This document shows, in pieces, positions 58,588-64,000 of a DNA stretch of 64,000 nucleotides (within the stretch, counting starts at the first letter, position 1; each line of letters starts with the position of its first letter). The notes beneath the pieces were generated by a model, which was not told where the DNA came from, did not search any database, and saw nothing but the letters and a program-made list of their open reading frames with translations. The translations under genes were made by a program, and so were the position numbers. The DNA is taken from assembly GCA_977020255.1 (NCBI GenBank), contig CDROCS010000546.1:62001-126000 (forward strand). Reading direction: 5' to 3'. Origin of the DNA: Obrimoposthia wandeli. Its lineage: Eukaryota.

Positions 58588-60273
58588 CTAAGACGCTACT
58601 GGCTCTCCCGCAGGGCTTTTTTCAAGCGTAACGTGAGGATCCAACAGTGGGATAGAAGAGATGAGTTGCTGGGTATAACTCTGCTGCGGCTGGAGAAAAA
58701 TCTGACGTACAGAGCCTTGTTCAATCATCTCACCATAACGCATAACACAGACCCAGTCACATAAATTTGCGATCACGCTTAAGTCATGTGAAATAAAGAG
58801 AATGGTTAGCCCTAGCTCATCACGAAGGGTTTTCAGTAGGCCCAAAATTTCTGCTTGAATGGAAACATCCAATGCCGCAACGGACTCATCGGCAACGATG
58901 AATTGCGGTCGACAGACCAGTGCTCTAGCGATACTAATACGCTGGCGTTGGCCACCGGAAAACGCATGAGGGAAACGGCGCAAGTGACTCACATCTACAT
59001 GGCACTGCTTCGCCACTTCGATAACCCGCTGATCGGTCTCTTCACGGCTGCTAGTTAGCCCCATAGCCTCTAAAGGCTCGGCGATAATATCGCGCACCGT
59101 CATGCGTGGATTTAATGAACTGTAAGGATCTTGGAATACTAGTTGCGCTATCTTAGCCAACTCTTTGCGCTTGAAAGACTTACCTGCACCGAAAACCAAA
59201 TCTCCTTGCTCACGGTAATACTTCACTTGACCCGTGCTGATTGGCGACGCACCTAAGATGGCTTTACCTAGAGATGTTTTACCCGAACCACTCTCGCCCA
59301 CTAAACCAATAATTTGTCCTTTAGGTAAGTCGAGTGATATGTTTTTAACTGCCAAGAATTGCTCTGATCGACGTCCCACACTAGATATTTTATACGATAC
59401 AGAAAGGTTATCTATGCTGACCAACGGTGGTAGTGTTTCGGTGGGCGGTGGTGGTAGGTTATCTAGGTTTGGCAGCGCATCAAGTAATTTTTTAGTGTAA
59501 GCATGCTTGGGTGAATACAACACTTCTTGAGCCGTACCCGCCTCTACTACTTGGCCCTTTTGCATCACAGTAACACGATCTGCTATTTTGGAAATGACTC
59601 CCAAATCATGGGTGATAAACAACATCGCCATGCCATATTGCTCACGCAGTTCTAACATCAACTCCAATACTTGTGCTTGGATGGTGACATCCAAAGCGGT
59701 CGTCGGCTCATCCGCGATCAATAACTTTGGCTGAGTCGACAGCGCCATTGCGATCATCGCGCGTTGACGCATACCACCAGATAATTCAAACACGTATTGG
59801 TCGAAGCGCGTTTCTGGCTGCACAATTCCCACACGTTCAAACAGCTCGATACCGCGGCGGCGCGCTTCCTTTTTATCCAATCCCAAATGAATTTGCATGG
59901 TTTGGATGATCTGATCACTTATTCTAATCGCTGGGGCAAAACTGGCCATAGGCTCTTGAAAGATCATCGACACCGCACCACCACGAACCACGCTTAAATC
60001 TCTGCCGCGCAGTTTAAGTACATTGATGTCGCGCTCTTGGTGCTTAAAATAAATTTGGCTCGGCTGCTGGATAATCGCATTACTCGGGTTGAGCCGCATA
60101 ATCGTTTTTGCCGTCACCGACTTTCCGGAGCCACTCTCACCGACCAAGCCCATTATTTCACCGGGTCGCACATTTAAGCTGACATCTCTAACCGCGTGCA
60201 CTAGGCCTTCATCGGTATTAAAATCGATGGTTAAGTTATTTATATCGAGCAAATTGCCCTGCTGATTGCTCAT
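58588..60273 (-). CDS. Dpp/Opp-type ABC ATPase with two fused NBDs
   Basis: GESGSGKS, IFQEPM, LSGGMRQR, DEPTTALD; second NBD GESGSGKT and FSGGQRQR. Confidence 0.93.
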   Translation of the reverse strand: MSNQQGNLLDINNLTIDFNTDEGLVHAVRDVSLNVRPGEIMGLVGESGSGKSVTAKTIMRLNPSNAIIQQPSQIYFKHQERDINVLKLRGRDLSVVRGGAVSMIFQEPMASFAPAIRISDQIIQTMQIHLGLDKKEARRRGIELFERVGIVQPETRFDQYVFELSGGMRQRAMIAMALSTQPKLLIADEPTTALDVTIQAQVLELMLELREQYGMAMLFITHDLGVISKIADRVTVMQKGQVVEAGTAQEVLYSPKHAYTKKLLDALPNLDNLPPPPTETLPPLVSIDNLSVSYKISSVGRRSEQFLAVKNISLDLPKGQIIGLVGESGSGKTSLGKAILGASPISTGQVKYYREQGDLVFGAGKSFKRKELAKIAQLVFQDPYSSLNPRMTVRDIIAEPLEAMGLTSSREETDQRVIEVAKQCHVDVSHLRRFPHAFSGGQRQRISIARALVCRPQFIVADESVAALDVSIQAEILGLLKTLRDELGLTILFISHDLSVIANLCDWVCVMRYGEMIEQGSVRQIFLQPQQSYTQQLISSIPLLDPHVTLEKSPAGEPVAS

Positions 60274-61521
60274 TTATTTTTTCTCCGCATAAGGATCTGC
60301 GGCATCGCGCAAAGCATCACCAACAAAAACAAAAGCCATAATTAATAACACAAACAAAAGCACAGGGAAGAACTGCCAAATCATATTCTGCTGAATGTCT
60401 GGATCTTGCGCTTTCTGTAGTAAAACTCCTAAGCTGTTTACCGGCTCAGTTAAACCCAACCCTAGAAAGCTCAAACTAGTTTCAGCCAAAATCACGTAGG
60501 GGAAGTTAATAAGGGTATCGACAATAATGTAGCTGCCGAAACTTGGCACAAGATGGCGCCAGATAATCCGCCAAGTACTAGAGCCACACAATTGTGCCGC
60601 CAAGACATAGTCTTGGTTGCGCTCTGTCAATATATGAGTACGTAAGCGTCGCCCTAGCGCGGCGAAGTCCAGCGCACCTATCACCACCGCAATGGCAAAA
60701 TAGCGCTGCACTGAGGTCAAATCTATCTCGGCTAGCGCCACCGCGCAGGCCAGATAAATAGGTATCGGTGGGATAACTCGCACCGCCTCGGTAAAGCTCA
60801 TCATGACAGCATCGACTCTCCCGCCAAAATATCCACTGATTCCACCGACCAATAGAGAGCAAAACAGTTTAACCACCAGTGCAACCACAGCAATACTAAT
60901 AGTCACCCAAATAGCGTGTAGCGAGCGACTAAAGACATCTTTACCGTCTTCATCAGTACCCATTAGATGCAACTGTCCTTGCTCTACCCCGACTAAGTGC
61001 CTATCCCAGCGCAGGTCTAAGTCAAAACCAATAAAGCTCAAATCAATTAAACTGTACTCCCAGCCTTTGACATAAAACTGGATATAACGCCTTTTATCCT
61101 TATCAATCAAAAATTTATTCTGGCTCGACGAGCTCAGTGCGTTACTAGAAGTCAGTGCATCTAGTGCATCTAAACCACCCGCGGCTAGCGCAGATAAATC
61201 AAAACCTGATTTTTCTTTGGTATAGGTATAAGTGAAAGGGCGCAGTGAAAACCCGTTATCGTCACTAAAGTGCATCCACTGTGGCGAGCCACGTCTATAG
61301 TCGCTATCGGCGCCATTGATGGTTGGATCTGTCGGTGAGAAAAACGGTGCGAAAAAACTCATAAAAATCAGCGTGAAAAGCATCCAAGCGGCAACCACTC
61401 CGGATATTTTCCCCTTGAACCGATCTTTGATCAGCGATAATTGCCCTGCAGTGTAATAAGACTCTGCAGATTCTGTTTTTGCTTTGCGGCCAAACTTGGC
61501 CAAAAGTTGACTTATTGCCAT
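60274..61521 (-). CDS. Peptide/nickel-type ABC permease (DppC-like)
   Basis: HLMGTDEDGKDVFSR, GGISGYFGG, YVLAAQLCG and ETSLSFLGLG. Confidence 0.92.
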   Translation of the reverse strand: MAISQLLAKFGRKAKTESAESYYTAGQLSLIKDRFKGKISGVVAAWMLFTLIFMSFFAPFFSPTDPTINGADSDYRRGSPQWMHFSDDNGFSLRPFTYTYTKEKSGFDLSALAAGGLDALDALTSSNALSSSSQNKFLIDKDKRRYIQFYVKGWEYSLIDLSFIGFDLDLRWDRHLVGVEQGQLHLMGTDEDGKDVFSRSLHAIWVTISIAVVALVVKLFCSLLVGGISGYFGGRVDAVMMSFTEAVRVIPPIPIYLACAVALAEIDLTSVQRYFAIAVVIGALDFAALGRRLRTHILTERNQDYVLAAQLCGSSTWRIIWRHLVPSFGSYIIVDTLINFPYVILAETSLSFLGLGLTEPVNSLGVLLQKAQDPDIQQNMIWQFFPVLLFVLLIMAFVFVGDALRDAADPYAEKK

Positions 61522-61523
61522 GC

Positions 61524-62708
61524 TCAGCTCCCCAATACGCTAATACGTACACGCGGATCTATCGCCGCCAATACTACGTCGGTAATGAAGTTCATTGAAA
61601 TCACCACTAACGCCACTAAGAACAAAATGCCTGCAGCTAATTCCTGATCATTGGTCAGTGCCAATGCCTCGATTAAAAGCGCCGCCGCATCGGTTAGACC
61701 AATAACAATGGCCACGATGGGTAAATCATTAAAGACACGCTGGAAGTCAAAGCCAACACTGTTAAACAGTGGACTGATAGAGTGACGTACCGGATAGCCG
61801 GCCCATAGTGCCATACCATTCACGCCGCGCGCTCTCGCCGCATCGACATACAGCTTATTTGATTCATCCACTACGAGTGCGCGTACTGTTTGCAATTGCA
61901 GCGCAGTGGCCGACCAGCCGATAACAAAGATGGGGAGCCAAATATGACCGAAGAAATCCCACAGTTTATCGTATTCAAAACCGCTGGCACCAAACCAGGG
62001 AACATCTCGCCACTGATCAGAAAACAATCCTGTCGGGGCGGGCTCTCCGGCAAACACATAAAGTAGAATAATGAACAGCGCCAACAGAAAGTTGGGCAGT
62101 GCCAATCCTAAATAACTGACTATTCGAAACTGCAAATCGAGAAACTTATTAAAGCTCAAACCAATGCTGTTAATAATTTGTTCTTTCTTAGTATTTTGTG
62201 GGTTTTTATCCGTCCAGCTTTTGTTGATGCTGAAAGCAGATAGAATTCCGAAGGGAACCGCTATCAGGTAAGAGAAAAACAACGCGGCAATACAAAACCA
62301 AAAGCTCATCCAGAAGCGATCACCCAACGCCAAATTGACTGATTGCCGCTTGGCACAGCTAAAACCCAAATCGCCACGCAGCGCCAAATTGCCAACCCAT
62401 TTAGCCCAGCGTACTACGAGGGGTTTATCTAGTCCCATACGCGCTCTCTCTGCAGCGATATCCGCCTGGGTAATGCTCTCGCCTTGGGTACTTTTATAAG
62501 CGACATACTTCTCGGCGCAATCGCCTGGTAGCACTTCCATTAAGGAAAAAACAATCGCGCTGACCAGTAATAGCGTACCGAGGGCAAGGAGGTACCGGTT
62601 AAGTACGTAGCTAAAGTATTGACTACTCAGACCGCGCCAATAAAATAACGCAGCTACTGCAATAAGCAGCCACAGCAACCAGCTTTCAGAAAAAAAATTG
62701 GCAATCAA
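61524..62708 (-). CDS. Peptide/nickel-type ABC permease (DppB-like)
   Basis: EVLPGD, GDLGFS, ALPNFLLAL and YVDAARARG. TTG start after GGAG. Confidence 0.9.
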   Translation of the reverse strand: MIANFFSESWLLWLLIAVAALFYWRGLSSQYFSYVLNRYLLALGTLLLVSAIVFSLMEVLPGDCAEKYVAYKSTQGESITQADIAAERARMGLDKPLVVRWAKWVGNLALRGDLGFSCAKRQSVNLALGDRFWMSFWFCIAALFFSYLIAVPFGILSAFSINKSWTDKNPQNTKKEQIINSIGLSFNKFLDLQFRIVSYLGLALPNFLLALFIILLYVFAGEPAPTGLFSDQWRDVPWFGASGFEYDKLWDFFGHIWLPIFVIGWSATALQLQTVRALVVDESNKLYVDAARARGVNGMALWAGYPVRHSISPLFNSVGFDFQRVFNDLPIVAIVIGLTDAAALLIEALALTNDQELAAGILFLVALVVISMNFITDVVLAAIDPRVRISVLGS

Positions 62709-62931
62709 AACACAGTCTCCGGAACCGCTTACACTGTCATTTTGACCTGCGCAGTAGTTCTCACATTATTATTAATATCTAGTTTCATTCCAGAAGCGGA
62801 TGCACAATGACGCGTTACTTGTCACACTGGAACTCGATTAGCAGTCGTTGGAAATGATGGGTCGTCTAGCGTATTCAGGGACTTCAGTCGAAATGAAGGA
62901 TGTACAACTGATGTCCATTGAATGTTCAGGA

Positions 62932-62958
62932 TAAAAAAGAGGGAGTTTGACCTCCCTC
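62932..62958 (-). terminator. Intrinsic terminator/stabilising hairpin after the SBP gene
   Basis: GAGGGAG/CTCCCTC stem with an A-tract on + (U-tract on -), just past the SBP stop. Confidence 0.65.
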
Positions 62959-62974
62959 AACGCGATTTAACCTG

Positions 62975-64000
62975 TTATTGAGCTACACCGTTCTCATCTA
63001 AATACCACTGAGTGGCTAAGTAAGGGTAAACCCAGTAGTAATCGTAAGAATGGGTCTTTTGCACTTCGAAATTACCTAGCTTTTGGCTGTAGTAAATCGG
63101 CTTGACCGCTTTAACCGTTCCGACAATAAAGAGATCATCAACCACTCTTTTTACCATGTCTAAACCAGTTTGATTAGAGGCATCTGTACCCAATTTAAGA
63201 GTGACAAATTTGTTGGCCAATTTCTCCATTTCACCTACAGTTGCTGGCGGTGCCACACCTTCTGCACCATTTGTAGTTTTATATTGATCCCACAACATAC
63301 CAGTACGCAGATCAAAGAATGTGCCATACGGTGGCAATACATCTTCAGTCTTAGTTGCTATCGTTGGTAGTGGACGACCCATTAACCACGACAATATGCT
63401 CAAATCATTGGCACTTTGCGAGTTGCGATATTCATCACTAGTGATTTCTTTTAGCGCTGTTTTAACACCAATTTTGGTCCAGTTAGAAGCGATGATTTCA
63501 ACCATCTCTGTCGGCGTAGACTGAGTAGCGTACTGGAAAGTTAGCTCAAACTTTTTACCCGATGGCAGTTCACGTATACCGTCGTTATTGGTATCCAACA
63601 CACCCGCTTTATCAAGTAGTGCCGCCGCTTTAGCAGGATCATACTGAGTCCAGCTATTTTTCAACTCTTCTGTGATAAATGGCGCAGTGTCAGCGTCTAT
63701 AGCTGTGTACTGGGTAGGCTTACCTAAATTAAAGAAAGCAATTTCATTAATTTTGTCACGATCAATCGCTACTGACATGGCACGACGGAAGTTAACGTCG
63801 TTAAAGACCGCACGTTTCTCCAGGTCTTTGTCTGTCATGTTAAACGCGTAAGTGGTCTGGCTAATTTGTGGACGCAGAGCAATAGAGTATTTACCTTGTG
63901 CCTTGTTCTCCAAAAGCACTGGGGCTGAGGGTAAGTTTACTGCCTGCGACTTATAGTCAATTTCACCGGCGATCATTTTAGAAACCTGAATATCTTCATC
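62975..64000 (-). CDS. ABC substrate-binding protein, family 5 (5' end outside window)
   Basis: Frame is open to the window edge (DEDIQVSKMIAGEIDY...). FNDVNFRRAMSVAIDR and NWTKIGVK. Confidence 0.9.
   Translation of the reverse strand, partial: DEDIQVSKMIAGEIDYKSQAVNLPSAPVLLENKAQGKYSIALRPQISQTTYAFNMTDKDLEKRAVFNDVNFRRAMSVAIDRDKINEIAFFNLGKPTQYTAIDADTAPFITEELKNSWTQYDPAKAAALLDKAGVLDTNNDGIRELPSGKKFELTFQYATQSTPTEMVEIIASNWTKIGVKTALKEITSDEYRNSQSANDLSILSWLMGRPLPTIATKTEDVLPPYGTFFDLRTGMLWDQYKTTNGAEGVAPPATVGEMEKLANKFVTLKLGTDASNQTGLDMVKRVVDDLFIVGTVKAVKPIYYSQKLGNFEVQKTHSYDYYWVYPYLATQWYLDENGVAQ

Noticed and set aside
62838-62918. 26-codon minus-strand ORF between the SBP and permease genes
   Set aside because: No clear RBS or conserved pattern.

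Overview
A 64-kb gene-dense chromosomal window, inferred from gene content to come from a marine Gammaproteobacterium. It has no rRNA, tRNA, CRISPR array, prophage or transposase that I can recognise. Main blocks in order: (1) end of an ArsP-like permease; (2) an uncharacterised locus with a large exported protein ending in an internal type IV pilin domain, two small secreted Cys-pair proteins and two tandem LuxR-HTH regulators, sharing an upstream CCCCTYAAAYGAGGGK palindrome; (3) a diguanylate cyclase; (4) a pyrimidine/beta-alanine catabolic cluster (mmsA, bauA, bauR, nitrilase-type beta-ureidopropionase, NCS1 permease, hydA, RutR-type box) plus a CodA with the D314-to-C change linked to 5-methylcytosine deamination; (5) a nitrilase divergent from a GbsR-cydA-(truncated cydB copy)-cydB-cydX-cydD-cydC operon; (6) orphan ArsR, MCP, Lrp, ureohydrolase, a Cys/Thr-type proline-racemase-family dehydratase, SBP and DGC; (7) racemase-MFS-MocR, MOSC, LysR, DMT; (8) norR-hmp with a fully readable sigma54 promoter; (9) a CsgG/DUF4810/DUF799-type lipoprotein trio, orphan phnN and GFA-TetR-GFA; (10) a 167-bp MITE in the stop codon of a 1206-aa CydD-CydC-like fused ABC exporter; (11) LysR genes and a Dpp/Opp-type ABC importer that runs off the window end. 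The best candidates for new biology are the pilin-fusion/LuxR regulon, the diverged partial cydB duplicate, the fused CydDC-like exporter, and a possible 5-methylcytosine-to-propionyl-CoA route. All family calls come from motif recognition by eye; no database search was run.
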